Counted from the first letter of the stretch, positions 10,284-20,189 are shown. The stretch is DNA of 64,000 bases from Candidatus Thorarchaeota archaeon (GCA_048882505.1 JBHLRO010000003.1:15157-79156), one strand, 5' to 3'. Made by a program: numbers and translations. Notes: generated by a model not told the origin, from the sequence alone.

Positions 10284-10925
10284 TTACGGCAGACGAAGCG
10301 GGAGTGCATTCGATTCCCTGTTCTGAGATTGTAATTTCTGTTTATGAATCAAACTGTTAATTATTTCAGTTGAAAGTAATCTAAACGTCTCGTCGATATT
10401 GACATTCTCCTTGGAGGATGTTTCAACATAATGAATGGAAAAACCATGTGTTTCCTGAACTAATCGCGATAATCGTTTGGCGTACTCAATCCCCTGCGCT
10501 GTAGAGACCTGTCCATGATATGATATCATCCCGCGAAGATCGCACTTCGCACCCACCAGCATTAATGGGCGCTCCCCTTGGCCGTTCAGTTTCCAAAATG
10601 AGCTAATCCATTCTTCAACATTCATGAATGAATTAGGGTTTGTTATGTCAAAAAAGCATAACGCCGCGACTGCTCCTCGATAATAGAGGTTGCTTACAAC
10701 CTTAAACCGTGGTTGGCCAGCTAGGTCCCAAATCTGATATTTAATTAGATATTCTGTTTTTGTTGGCCCGTATTCGATTTTGACTTCTTTTGCGGCAAAA
10801 TCCGCTCCCAAAGTCATTAAGTATTGAGCTTGGAATGTATCACCCAACCAAACTCTTCTGAACGAACTTTTACCTACTCCACCATCTCCAACCAATACAA
10901 TTTTCGCTCGAAGAACTTTTACCAT
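10284..10925 (-). CDS. Ras/Rab-like small GTPase
   Basis: G1 GDGGVGKSS, switch I Thr (TLGADF), G3 WDLAGQ, G4 GAKCD (NKxD-type), G5 ETSSK; 213 aa. Confidence 0.8.
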   Translation of the reverse strand: MVKVLRAKIVLVGDGGVGKSSFRRVWLGDTFQAQYLMTLGADFAAKEVKIEYGPTKTEYLIKYQIWDLAGQPRFKVVSNLYYRGAVAALCFFDITNPNSFMNVEEWISSFWKLNGQGERPLMLVGAKCDLRGMISYHGQVSTAQGIEYAKRLSRLVQETHGFSIHYVETSSKENVNIDETFRLLSTEIINSLIHKQKLQSQNRESNALPLRLP

Positions 10926-11351
10926 CAGTAACCCTCATTTTAAACCAGAAAAATTGCTTTTTATTTACTCATCTTTCCGATCTTACTCAAGTTCATAGTT
11001 CCGGATCAATGGCCTATAATAGGCTTCCCATATGTACCTTAAGTGGTTTAATTCATTCACGATCGGATATTTCAGGTTTGCAAATGACTTTTTATTTCAA
11101 ATTTATCGTTCCTACTCGTTTTTTTTTCTCCTCCCGATAATTTGGAAAGAGAAAAAGGTGAAAATAAGGTAAAATCTGGCTTTTTCTCCTCACATTAGGG
11201 GGATTATGATCATTCTGATCATGAATGGAGTGTGAACTGCTGCAAGATTTGTGGGTCAAGGTCGGGCTTCCGTTCTTGAATTTTCGATCCCTAAAGTACT
11301 GAACAATCAAAAACCAGCAGAAATTGGAGACCCATTACCATTTCATGGATT

Positions 11352-12431
11352 TCAAACTTCATCTAATCCCCCCCATGAACTGACAAATTCCCACAAGGTC
11401 TTATAGAGATTTGCAAAGACAGTTAGGTAAGCTACTTCGAATCCATGACTGTTCTTCCGAATATGCCCAATACAAGCGGTTTGAGGACTAGCACCAATGC
11501 TCCCTACTTGACCTGCATCACTCCCACTTGTAGTATAGACAAGGTGTTGAAGCTCAGTACCTACATTTTTCGCCGCATCAGACAATGCCTGGTTCAACTT
11601 GGGGCTGTAGAAATATCCCCGATCACGAACCCTAATTCCAGGTCTATCATCTAGCTCCGTAGGTGATTCAGATGCGATTGGACAACCGTCCACAGCAATG
11701 AAGTAGGTCGGAGTTAGTGATTGTGCCAAGTGTTTTGCTCCAAAGCAACCGATCTCCTCTCTGGTCGTAAATGCAATTATAAGATTCACAACTGGAGTAA
11801 CGTTCTTTGTTTTTAGGGTTTTTAATATTTGGAGTAGAATAGCGACCCCTATTTTATCATCGAATGTCCACGCCCCTATCATTGGATTTGATTCTTCTCC
11901 AAAAAATATGGGCCCTCTTTCCGATTGACTCAGAGTAATCAGAGTTCCAGGTTTAACGCCATAACCTTTCAAACTTTCGGGAGGCAATCCAGTGATAACA
12001 GCAGTTTCTCTCCACTCTAATTTCTGTGTACCACCTGCGGCGTGTCCTGATCCCATCGCCGTAACACCAGAAATCGTCGCATTATCACCAAAGACGTCAA
12101 CTGGACGTTCCCCATATTTCCATGTTAATGATCCTCCTATCCTCTCAACTCCTAGTGTACCATCACCATTAATTTTTGTTACCATTAATCCGATTTCATC
12201 TGTATGTGATGCCAAACAACAAGTTTCCTCACTTTGCTTCTTGCCTGGTATTTGAACATAGACATTCCCTGCCGAATCCTTCTGGGGATTATATCCCCAC
12301 TCATTACACTTTCGGTAAATGTGATCAGCTATCTTGTCTTCCATTCCCGAAGGAGAAGGAATAGTAAGCAATTCGGTGAATTGTTGGATTATTGCGCTCT
12401 GCTTGATCTGCTCATATCTACTAGATTCCAT
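11352..12431 (-). CDS. M42-family metallo-aminopeptidase paralog
   Basis: 359 aa; SHTDEIGLMV, FDDKIGVA, TTREEIGCFGA motifs paralogous to 9138..10217. Confidence 0.7.
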   Translation of the reverse strand: MESSRYEQIKQSAIIQQFTELLTIPSPSGMEDKIADHIYRKCNEWGYNPQKDSAGNVYVQIPGKKQSEETCCLASHTDEIGLMVTKINGDGTLGVERIGGSLTWKYGERPVDVFGDNATISGVTAMGSGHAAGGTQKLEWRETAVITGLPPESLKGYGVKPGTLITLSQSERGPIFFGEESNPMIGAWTFDDKIGVAILLQILKTLKTKNVTPVVNLIIAFTTREEIGCFGAKHLAQSLTPTYFIAVDGCPIASESPTELDDRPGIRVRDRGYFYSPKLNQALSDAAKNVGTELQHLVYTTSGSDAGQVGSIGASPQTACIGHIRKNSHGFEVAYLTVFANLYKTLWEFVSSWGGLDEV

Positions 12432-12509
12432 GGTATCACATCACTAGGAAGAAAAAAAAGGATATGAATAAAAAAAACTCCCTTTAGTACCGATCCATAT
12501 TGTTAATAA

Positions 12510-13994
12510 TTGCCTATTCTCTCTACAGGTGTTAGCTGGATGAAAACCGACCAGATCGGGATAACTAAAGATTTTATTGAACGTCTTGAAGTTCTAATAA
12601 GTGACGAGATGGTACGTTATAAAGTACCTGGAGCAAGTATCGCAATTGTCAAGAAAGACGAGATTATATATCATCAGAGCTTTGGAGCAAGAGACCTAGA
12701 AAAGAATCTCCCTGTTACTCCATCTACATTATTTAATATTGCCAGTGTAACAAAATCAATTATCTGTTTAGGTATTATGAAGCTTGAGGAACTTGGAAAA
12801 TTAGAACGCCACGATCCAATTTCCAAATACATTCCCTGCAAACTGGGATTTCCAGATAATCCCATTACGATCCATCATCTTATGACCCATACCTCTGGGA
12901 TTCCCGAGATCGTCGGAGGGATAGCGCATTTGGATTTGGCGATGGAGGTAAACGTTGAAACCCCCTTTATCCCCTTTATGAATTGGAATGATTTTTTCAG
13001 ACATATCAACGGGGCCGGTGATTATGTAAGTGAGAAACCAGGGAATCGATTCTATTACCAGAATTACGGTTACACCATGCTAGGACGTATTATCGAAGTT
13101 GTTTCAGGCCAGGATTTACCTGAATTCATCAAAAAACATATTCTTGCTCCTCTCCAGATGAGTGAATCGACCTTCGAAAAGGATCAGCTGAATAAGTTAG
13201 AAAATGTCTCATCAGCATACAAAATGTCAGAACGAGAAGGCCGAATAGTGAAAACTTCCTATTATCGCGAGAATGAGATTTTCGGGTACGCACCAGGGGG
13301 ACTATTCAGTTCAGTTATTGAGCTAGCTAACCTTTTAATCATGTACTTGCATCGTGGTGAGTTTCACGGCCGTAAACTAGTCAGTAGTGACAGAATCGAT
13401 ACAATGACTTCTATGCACTGGCAAGAGAAACCAAATTCAATGTCATATAGTAGTACAATCGGTGACTTCGGGGATTCGGGGTATGGATACGGATTAGCAA
13501 TCCATGAGAATTTCTATGGTCATAAGATAGTTCATCATTCAGGTAGCTGGATTGGCGCTAGTGCTTGGCTCGCGATGCTTCCTGATTTAAAACTAGGTAT
13601 TGTATTTTTATCGAATAAACATCCTAGTCCTAGGATGATGGCTTTAAGCGCGCTGGCTATGCTCCTGGGAAGAGATCTCAATGAAGAATTCCCGCTGTTC
13701 CGTCACAGGAATCACATAGAGAAACTTGCTGGAGAATATGAACTCTATAAGGGGGTAGGTAAAATGAAATTAGCAGTTAAAGGAGGACTCTTGTATTATC
13801 AGTACGATTATTGGGGGATTAACGCACCTTTGATTCCACGAGAAAGACCCGAAAAGAATTCAGTGACCTTGAACTATTATCTGCTGACAGAGGTTGGGGC
13901 CAAAGATCCAGTGGAATTTGAGATCGATGAAAACGGAACCATATGGATGCATCATGAACGATTAAAATGGAAAAAAGTGAGGGATCTTGAATAG
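12510..13994 (+). CDS. beta-lactamase-fold serine hydrolase (S12/class C-like esterase or peptidase)
   Basis: S-x-x-K motif IASVTKSI near the N-terminus; YxN-like and HSGSW motifs; about 490 aa, typical of the family. Confidence 0.7.
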   Translation: MPILSTGVSWMKTDQIGITKDFIERLEVLISDEMVRYKVPGASIAIVKKDEIIYHQSFGARDLEKNLPVTPSTLFNIASVTKSIICLGIMKLEELGKLERHDPISKYIPCKLGFPDNPITIHHLMTHTSGIPEIVGGIAHLDLAMEVNVETPFIPFMNWNDFFRHINGAGDYVSEKPGNRFYYQNYGYTMLGRIIEVVSGQDLPEFIKKHILAPLQMSESTFEKDQLNKLENVSSAYKMSEREGRIVKTSYYRENEIFGYAPGGLFSSVIELANLLIMYLHRGEFHGRKLVSSDRIDTMTSMHWQEKPNSMSYSSTIGDFGDSGYGYGLAIHENFYGHKIVHHSGSWIGASAWLAMLPDLKLGIVFLSNKHPSPRMMALSALAMLLGRDLNEEFPLFRHRNHIEKLAGEYELYKGVGKMKLAVKGGLLYYQYDYWGINAPLIPRERPEKNSVTLNYYLLTEVGAKDPVEFEIDENGTIWMHHERLKWKKVRDLE

Positions 13995-14237
13995 ATGTTG
14001 ATTCTGAATTTGAAGGAAAGTTTTCTTCAGATAGGTTGAGAATTGGCTGGTTTTAGAGAGAAACTATATTTCATGCAGAACCAAGATCACCCTCAATGGT
14101 TTATTCAATCCACAATCGTTGCCTTGTCATTACACGTAATTTCTCATCAGCTGTTCCAAGCACTGTGAAAAGGATTTATCATTAACCGGGACATTTCAAG
14201 GAGAACCAATAAGAAAAGGTTCTGAGAGGTTCTCTAA

Positions 14238-15107
14238 ATGAAGATCCCAATTAAAGCAATCTTACAAATCCAATTAATATTAATTCTGGTTTTATTATTC
14301 AGTTTTTACAATCGGATTGAACTGGCCAAGGGAAAAACTATCTCATCCCATCATAATCCCATTCTATTTGTTCACGGATGGAATAGAGACAGTTCAGATT
14401 TCGCGCCTATGATCGATTGGTTCAAGTCCGATGGCTGGACCAGCACAGCCCTTTATGCGAATAATTTTGACGATAGGAGCAATTGTTCAGTTCAGACCAA
14501 TATTAACAATGCAAATAGGATAAAGCAATGGGTTACCGATATTTTAGCCGAAACTGGTGCTAAAAAAATCGATATAGTCGGTCATAGTATGGGGGGCTTG
14601 AATAGCAGATATTATATTAAATTTCTGGGTGGGACAGATTATGTGGATGATTATGTGAGCTTGGGAAGTCCCCAACATGGAGAAAATGTTGCGGCATGTG
14701 GTGAACAGGGAGTAAATGATCTTGCCGTGATTTTAAACGAAGGAGATGAAACCCCAGGAGGGATTTTGAGTGATATTGTTGGACCCCGTGTGGATCCATT
14801 TTCCGGAATAATTTACAACGGTACACATATTCCTGGTAATATTTCCTACACGTCTATTTTTAGCAAGGCCGATGTAATTCCATATGTTTCTCCTCCTCTT
14901 GATGGAGGGGATAATGTTGAAGTTGAAGGTTTAACTCATTTTCAGTTATATCAATCAGAGTCCGTATATACGATAGTTAAAGATGCGGTTGATGATACTC
15001 GGGAAACCACAACAAATGATACAACAAGTTGGACATTTTTACCGATTCTAATCGCTTTATTTCCCATCATATGGATAAAACGAGAATTAAGACGTTTATC
15101 CTCCTGA
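14238..15107 (+). CDS. secreted alpha/beta-hydrolase lipase/esterase (lipase class 2-like) with C-terminal membrane anchor
   Basis: N-terminal signal/TM segment, nucleophile elbow GHSMGG, Thr-rich linker then hydrophobic helix FLPILIALFPIIWI followed by KRELRRLSS. Confidence 0.6.
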   Translation: MKIPIKAILQIQLILILVLLFSFYNRIELAKGKTISSHHNPILFVHGWNRDSSDFAPMIDWFKSDGWTSTALYANNFDDRSNCSVQTNINNANRIKQWVTDILAETGAKKIDIVGHSMGGLNSRYYIKFLGGTDYVDDYVSLGSPQHGENVAACGEQGVNDLAVILNEGDETPGGILSDIVGPRVDPFSGIIYNGTHIPGNISYTSIFSKADVIPYVSPPLDGGDNVEVEGLTHFQLYQSESVYTIVKDAVDDTRETTTNDTTSWTFLPILIALFPIIWIKRELRRLSS

Positions 15108-15121
15108 AAGAATGGTAAAAC

Positions 15122-15478
15122 TCAACCAACTTTTTTGGATTCTAAGCTGACCTCAACGGCTCTATCAATCCAAACTTGTAATGTCTCCTTATCATTCATA
15201 ATTTCTTCTGGGAGTGTCCAATAGGACATGGCAATTTTTTTCCCCTTTCGTTCGTATATAAAGGGATGAGTATCATATAATTTAAAATCAGCCCTATTTT
15301 TCGATCCTACTTTGAAAAATAGTTCGCCATCAACGATAATTGCGAATATCACCTGGTTTTTGTAGATACCATATCCCCCAAACATTGCTTTGTATGTGAT
15401 ACCCTCAAAATCTTTGAAGACATCGTTAATGATGTAATCTAGATATTCCTTTGCCAATAAATCACCGATCAAGGTCAT
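15122..15478 (-). CDS. TfoX N-terminal domain protein
   Basis: 118 aa; YKAMFGGYGIYKNQVIFAIIVDGELFFKV matches the TfoX/Sxy N-terminal domain signature. Confidence 0.5.
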   Translation of the reverse strand: MTLIGDLLAKEYLDYIINDVFKDFEGITYKAMFGGYGIYKNQVIFAIIVDGELFFKVGSKNRADFKLYDTHPFIYERKGKKIAMSYWTLPEEIMNDKETLQVWIDRAVEVSLESKKVG

Positions 15479-16161
15479 GTAAAATAATTCTATAAAATGT
15501 AGATGCGAATTATCTTAGGCGCACGTAATAATCCAGGATTATTCAGGAATTGTTATCTGAAAATTCGTTTGTTCTTCAAACTACTTATCGTTGCTGGAAC
15601 GTATTAGAAAGTTTTCAAGCTTCTAGATGAATGATATGAAAAAAATTCTGCTGGATATCGGATGTCATGGCCGCTTTAAAGAGACTATTATATAGATCAT
15701 AATAATCCCTAATATGATTGGTTTTTCGATCGGCATCATAATGGGAGGAGAATCTTATATCCATAACGAATCAATAATGTTTAATCATGAAAGAAGTTAC
15801 GAGACCGAATCCTTTCCTGCTTTGGATGAAATCATAATCGCTGCAAAGCATACAAATACGGAGATTGTTAATCTCACAGTATTCACACAGCAGGCCGACA
15901 CGGTTTTTTATTAGGAATTTAAATTGAAATCAGGAGAGAGTATATCAAGTGATAATGAATATATTTTGGCCCATGTAGACAGTTCTCTGTCAGAAATTAC
16001 CATTCTTGGTTGTTCTGGGCCTCAAGGGGTAGTAATTTCCATCAAAGGTCAAAGTAAAAATGGATTTACCATACTTCAGGATTTTGAAATTCCGATGCAA
16101 AAAAATGCCATGTTTGCAGCCTATTTATCCTCGGTGATTTAATTCCATTATTACAGCCCTC

Positions 16162-16902
16162 TTATCTGACGTTTGTTTTCAATTTTTTTATATGAAATAG
16201 GCTACAAGAAATTTGGTCGTATTTTCCATCTTCTTCATCAATACTCATGCACTCTTCAAAGGAACGTAACGCACTCCCATAATCCCCCTGATAAAAATAT
16301 GTGACCCCGATCACATGCCAAGAGTAACTTTCCAGATACCGAAATCCTGCCTCCTTTGCCAGTGCAAACGCCCGAGCCAAATATGATATCGATTGATCCA
16401 GCTCACCCCGTGACCGATGCATGAGCCCCAAGGGTGAAAGAGACTCCGCAATCTGAAATTCATCCTCCACCTCCTTCGCAGCTGCTAGCGATTTACGTGA
16501 AAACACTAGAGCTTGCTTGAGATCTCCTAAGGTCCAACAAACCCTGGCTTTTACATCATATAAGAGACATTCCCATTCCTTTCCATCTTGTATCGTGCCC
16601 AGTAAATCCTGTCCCTTTTCAAGCAACTCAGCGGCTTCAGTAACCTTCCCAAGACGGTAGAAGGCATAACTCTTCATCACTACTGCCCCCAGTTCGTGGT
16701 ATCTATCCCTTACCACTTTATTCTTTTGCTGAACTACATTTGCCACGGACACTGCCTGCTCGTACTCTTCCTGCAGAATGTAAATCCGACTTTTGAGTAG
16801 TAATCCCAGTGATCCCGCTTTTGCGTCTAATCCTTCAATCTGTGCCAGGGTTTCCTCATATTTGGCCTGATAGATTAGGTCACGGATAGTCTGAATCCTC
16901 AT
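16162..16902 (-). CDS. TPR-repeat protein
   Basis: 246 aa with repeated 34-residue helical units (W/L-G-Y-A-F-P pattern); motif-level call. Confidence 0.55.
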   Translation of the reverse strand: MRIQTIRDLIYQAKYEETLAQIEGLDAKAGSLGLLLKSRIYILQEEYEQAVSVANVVQQKNKVVRDRYHELGAVVMKSYAFYRLGKVTEAAELLEKGQDLLGTIQDGKEWECLLYDVKARVCWTLGDLKQALVFSRKSLAAAKEVEDEFQIAESLSPLGLMHRSRGELDQSISYLARAFALAKEAGFRYLESYSWHVIGVTYFYQGDYGSALRSFEECMSIDEEDGKYDQISCSLFHIKKLKTNVR

Positions 16903-16947
16903 CCTTACATATCCTCAATCTTAGATGGAATAAAACCACCTCATGAT

Positions 16948-17091
16948 TTATGAGTTTCTCTTGAAATTCGTAGCTATCACCGCAAAGTCGTCTATCTCCT
17001 CACTACCAACGGCGTAACACTCGGCTACAGCTTTAAAGACCTCGATACCTAGGCCAAAAAATTGAATCTCGCCCAAAGCTAACCCTGCCAT
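16948..17091 (-). CDS. possible small ORF (47 aa) embedded in repeat copy 1
   Basis: ATG at 17091..17089, reads MAGLALGEIQFFGLGIEVFKAVAECYAVGSEEIDDFAVIATNFKRNS; a degenerate startless copy of the peptide (GIEVFKAVDECYPFGSEGID) lies in repeat copy 2. Below the track length cutoff. Confidence 0.2.
   Translation of the reverse strand: MAGLALGEIQFFGLGIEVFKAVAECYAVGSEEIDDFAVIATNFKRNS
16987..17070. repeat. direct repeat copy 1 (about 84 bp, about 85% identical to copy at 18562..18645)
   Basis: gtcgtctatctcctcactaccaacggcgtaacactcggctacagctttaaagacctcgatacctaggccaaaaaattgaatct aligns with copy 2 with a few mismatches. Confidence 0.6.
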
Positions 17092-17182
17092 TTTCCCTTT
17101 TCATTTTTCATCGATATTTTTATAAGAAAGAATGCCTGGAAAATAATACCACCGATTCCATTCGTTCTCATTATAATTCATT

Positions 17183-18448
17183 TTGAAGAGACGTAGCATG
17201 ACAGCTTTTACGGATAGAATGCGGATTAATCTCTCCACAATGATTCTAACTATGCTTACACTCATTTTTGGGGTCCGAGGAACTCAGATCTTTCCTATTA
17301 GGAATCCAGATTTAATTCCAACGATTACACTCTTTGATATCCTTTCATTCATCTTATTAGGTGTTTTCATTAGTTATTCACTAATTATCGGGTATAATCG
17401 GCTCCTTTTGGTCTTATTGACATGCTCTCCTTTGTTTGGATTCGTTATCATCCCTTTCTCACTCATTTATTTCCCCGTATACGACCCAATTCGTCCATTT
17501 CTGATCGGTTTATTTCTAATATCTGCCAGTCTAATCGCAGTTCTGGTAATTTGTTGGTATAAATTCCAGAAGGAATTATTTGCATTTTATGATTCTATAT
17601 CATCAGAGAGAGTGAAAAAGCTTTCATTAAAGCAATATTATTGGTTATTACTGCTAATTATCAGTTTATTGGGGATTTTCCCGCTTTTGATCGTTCTTGT
17701 CCCATTCATGATCATGTCTTTCTTCTTTCAGTTCCTTTCTGCCGATAAGAGTGCTCTTTCTTTTTTTTTCTTAGTCCTTACTTCAGCCGTCCTCGCTTAC
17801 CTCGTTATTTCACGCCTGAGGTCATTAGGTGAACACCGCTCGTTCTGGGATCCCATAGTTCTCCGGAAACCCTTTTTAGATGTTATTCTTGTCATGAGTC
17901 TGATCACACTTGTCGGACTGTCTTTACTCGCTCCTAGATTGCTTTATAACAGCATTCAGTATCGATATGATAGCTCCCCTGAAATAATTGAATTCTATCA
18001 AAACCTTGAAATCTCGGACTATTTTGGCGATGTCCCGGCATTCGCTAATGATTCCTGGAGGGGAATGGGACCAAATTATCTTGGATTCACAGAACGGGCA
18101 CTTCTCGTACAAAAAATCCTCACCTCCGATTATAAGATTAGCACTGAGATAATTTATAGTCTATCCATTCCTTTTTGGTTCTCTCACGAAACAATCCTTG
18201 ATTTCGCGGGGCCTTCTTTCTATTATAACTATCTTTATTGGAATCACTCATTGATTTTCCTAGAAGACACCCTTTCAACTCGCCTTGGAACCTTTACTCA
18301 ACCTGGGGAAAATATCCACGTTATTAGAGAAACCATCTATCTCAAACGGCCTTTCATGACAATAAGTTTCAATCAAGTTATTGCTTTCTTCCCAAACAAT
18401 AATTCAATTTCTTTGATCCTTTCTGGGTATCGAATTTCCGTGGTATGA
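17183..18448 (+). CDS. polytopic membrane protein with C-terminal soluble domain, unknown function
   Basis: 421 aa; about 7 N-terminal hydrophobic helices then about 180 aa soluble region; flanked by the direct repeats. Confidence 0.45.
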   Translation: MKRRSMTAFTDRMRINLSTMILTMLTLIFGVRGTQIFPIRNPDLIPTITLFDILSFILLGVFISYSLIIGYNRLLLVLLTCSPLFGFVIIPFSLIYFPVYDPIRPFLIGLFLISASLIAVLVICWYKFQKELFAFYDSISSERVKKLSLKQYYWLLLLIISLLGIFPLLIVLVPFMIMSFFFQFLSADKSALSFFFLVLTSAVLAYLVISRLRSLGEHRSFWDPIVLRKPFLDVILVMSLITLVGLSLLAPRLLYNSIQYRYDSSPEIIEFYQNLEISDYFGDVPAFANDSWRGMGPNYLGFTERALLVQKILTSDYKISTEIIYSLSIPFWFSHETILDFAGPSFYYNYLYWNHSLIFLEDTLSTRLGTFTQPGENIHVIRETIYLKRPFMTISFNQVIAFFPNNNSISLILSGYRISVV

Positions 18449-18561
18449 CTAACCTTAATGAGGAGTCAGGATACTAGCCCTCGCTTCTTATCAAAACGTC
18501 TGAAACATTTAAAACAACACGGCCTCATTTTTCGCACCCATTTCACTGAAATCCCCCCCTA

Positions 18562-18645
18562 GTTCGTCTATTCCCTCACTACCAAAGGGGTAACACTCGT
18601 CCACAGCTTTAAAGACCTCGATACCTGCGCCAAAAAGTGGAATCT
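18562..18645. repeat. direct repeat copy 2
   Basis: gttcgtctattccctcactaccaaaggggtaacactcgtccacagctttaaagacctcgatacctgcgccaaaaagtggaatct; same orientation as copy 1. Confidence 0.6.
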
Positions 18646-18754
18646 TAATCCCTCTTGATCTTCCTCTTATACCTTCCTTTTCTCCCTATTTCCCGTCAAA
18701 TTCCTTCCTTTCTTACGACCGCTAATTTTGCTCTCCGTGATTTTCGAGCAATCA

Positions 18755-18979
18755 CTACACATATGCATGTACGCCCAAACTCATTACCATGATTCTCAGG
18801 ATTACCAAACCAGTTAAAAGTTCACCAGAAGCCAATTCGGTGACTCCAATAACTAACCCTCCAATGAGAAAAAGCATCGTGAAAATATAAAACCATTTAT
18901 CTTCCCCTATTACTTCCCTTAGAGTTCGCTTCCTACTCAATTTCTCTTCACAATTATCTGGAATCATTATCCAAATCAA
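18755..18979 (-). CDS. small membrane protein (hypothetical)
   Basis: 74 aa ORF with one or two hydrophobic helices; ends in TAG; no family recognised. Confidence 0.3.
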   Translation of the reverse strand: MIWIMIPDNCEEKLSRKRTLREVIGEDKWFYIFTMLFLIGGLVIGVTELASGELLTGLVILRIMVMSLGVHAYV

Positions 18980-19079
18980 AGATATCTGAAAAACTGTAAT
19001 GAAAAGATATGATGTTGTGGCGCGGAGTCAATATTTTGTCCACGACATAGCGATTTCCCTTCTGCAAGCTACACTTTCC

Positions 19080-19352
19080 TTATCCGACCAAGGCACTCAG
19101 CTCTGCATACACTCGCTCAACCTCCTCCTTTGAGGGCATGTACTCCTCATGTGCCACCCTGTTACGCAATTGGTTAAGCCATTTGAAGAAACCTTGCTTC
19201 TCGAATAACCCATATTGGGCCACCTTCCGCTCTAGCTCCAGCATAAACTTCCCCTCTATCCCCAAAAGCTTCCTCACCGTTGCATGCGCATAGTGCACAA
19301 ATGCATGCCGATATACTAAGTTTTCTCCTTTTGCCCCTTCATAGCTTTCCAC
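19080..19352 (-). CDS. HEPN-domain protein (HepT/DUF86-like, tentative)
   Basis: C-terminal LRNRVAHEEY fits the R-x4-H-x-Y HEPN motif; about 90 aa; GTG start; lies in frame 5 codons after the TAG stop of 19368..19895. Confidence 0.4.
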   Translation of the reverse strand: MESYEGAKGENLVYRHAFVHYAHATVRKLLGIEGKFMLELERKVAQYGLFEKQGFFKWLNQLRNRVAHEEYMPSKEEVERVYAELSALVG

Positions 19353-19367
19353 AGCCAGCTCCCAGAC

Positions 19368-19895
19368 CTAGTCAACCCCTTCTTCTCTTCGCCGCGTAGC
19401 CTCATCCCCTGTTCCCGTGACGGGTTGTTTAACAGGTTTTGTCTTCTTTCTAGAGGCCCCACTCTCTTGTGGTCTCTCATGTCGTGGTACTGGACTGGAG
19501 GTCGATTCCATTCCTGGTTCCCCCTCTATCCCTGGTGGATGGTCCAATCTTACCTGTAAACGGGCTTTTAGCTGCTCCATTAGCTCCCTAAGATGAGTAT
19601 CAGAGGGGTGTATACCCTGTGCCTGTTGAAGAAAAAACGTCGCCTTGAATAGCTCATTCTCCTTTACAAACATCTCAACTAATCGCACCCACGTCCCTAC
19701 ATTTCTTGGATCCCATTGGACTGCCTCCATGAACGTTTGAAAGGCCGCCCGCTCATTTCTCTCTTCTTTCATAATGTGTGCCCGCAAGATCCAAAAATCC
19801 ACCAGAAGTGAATCGTTCCCATTACTTAACTGCCTCAGCGTAGCAATTATCGTTGAATCCACTTTCGGACTCTCTCCCGCCAACACCTTTTCCAC
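19368..19895 (-). CDS. helical (TPR-like) protein with disordered Pro/Glu/basic-rich C-terminus
   Basis: 175 aa; N-terminal helical repeats, C-terminal low-complexity tail; terminates with TAG at 19370..19368; G+C about 50%, above window background. Confidence 0.4.
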   Translation of the reverse strand: MEKVLAGESPKVDSTIIATLRQLSNGNDSLLVDFWILRAHIMKEERNERAAFQTFMEAVQWDPRNVGTWVRLVEMFVKENELFKATFFLQQAQGIHPSDTHLRELMEQLKARLQVRLDHPPGIEGEPGMESTSSPVPRHERPQESGASRKKTKPVKQPVTGTGDEATRRREEGVD

Positions 19896-20189
19896 TAGTG
19901 TGACAATTCGGCTCCATTGGGATGATCCTCCAGACTGGTAGCAAATTCTGTCACCAAATCTCCAGCTTTCTGTGTCCTTTCCATGGTTGGGTAGGCCTCC
20001 ACACGCTTACTAGGTCAAGAATGATCAGGAAGGTTCATGCAAACCCATTCACTACTTCTCCATCCTCTTTCCTCTATATATCCTCCAAGGATTTCTGTTT
20101 ACCAGTCACGGTTAGTAGAAATTTTCCCTCACGGGTTTTTCTCGAAATAACCCGAAAAATCTCAGAACCAATGACTTGACGGAGCGCAA

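Noticed and set aside
11092-11310. 72-aa minus-strand ORF in the gap between GTPase and M42 genes
   Set aside because: Falls in a T-rich, low-complexity intergenic region (poly-T run at about 11112); translation is K/R/low-complexity with no motif; more likely promoter/terminator DNA.
15714-16142. Two short plus-strand ORFs (66 and 72 aa) in the 15.5-16.2 kb gap
   Set aside because: No recognisable motifs and weak coding character; left unannotated, though small proteins cannot be excluded.
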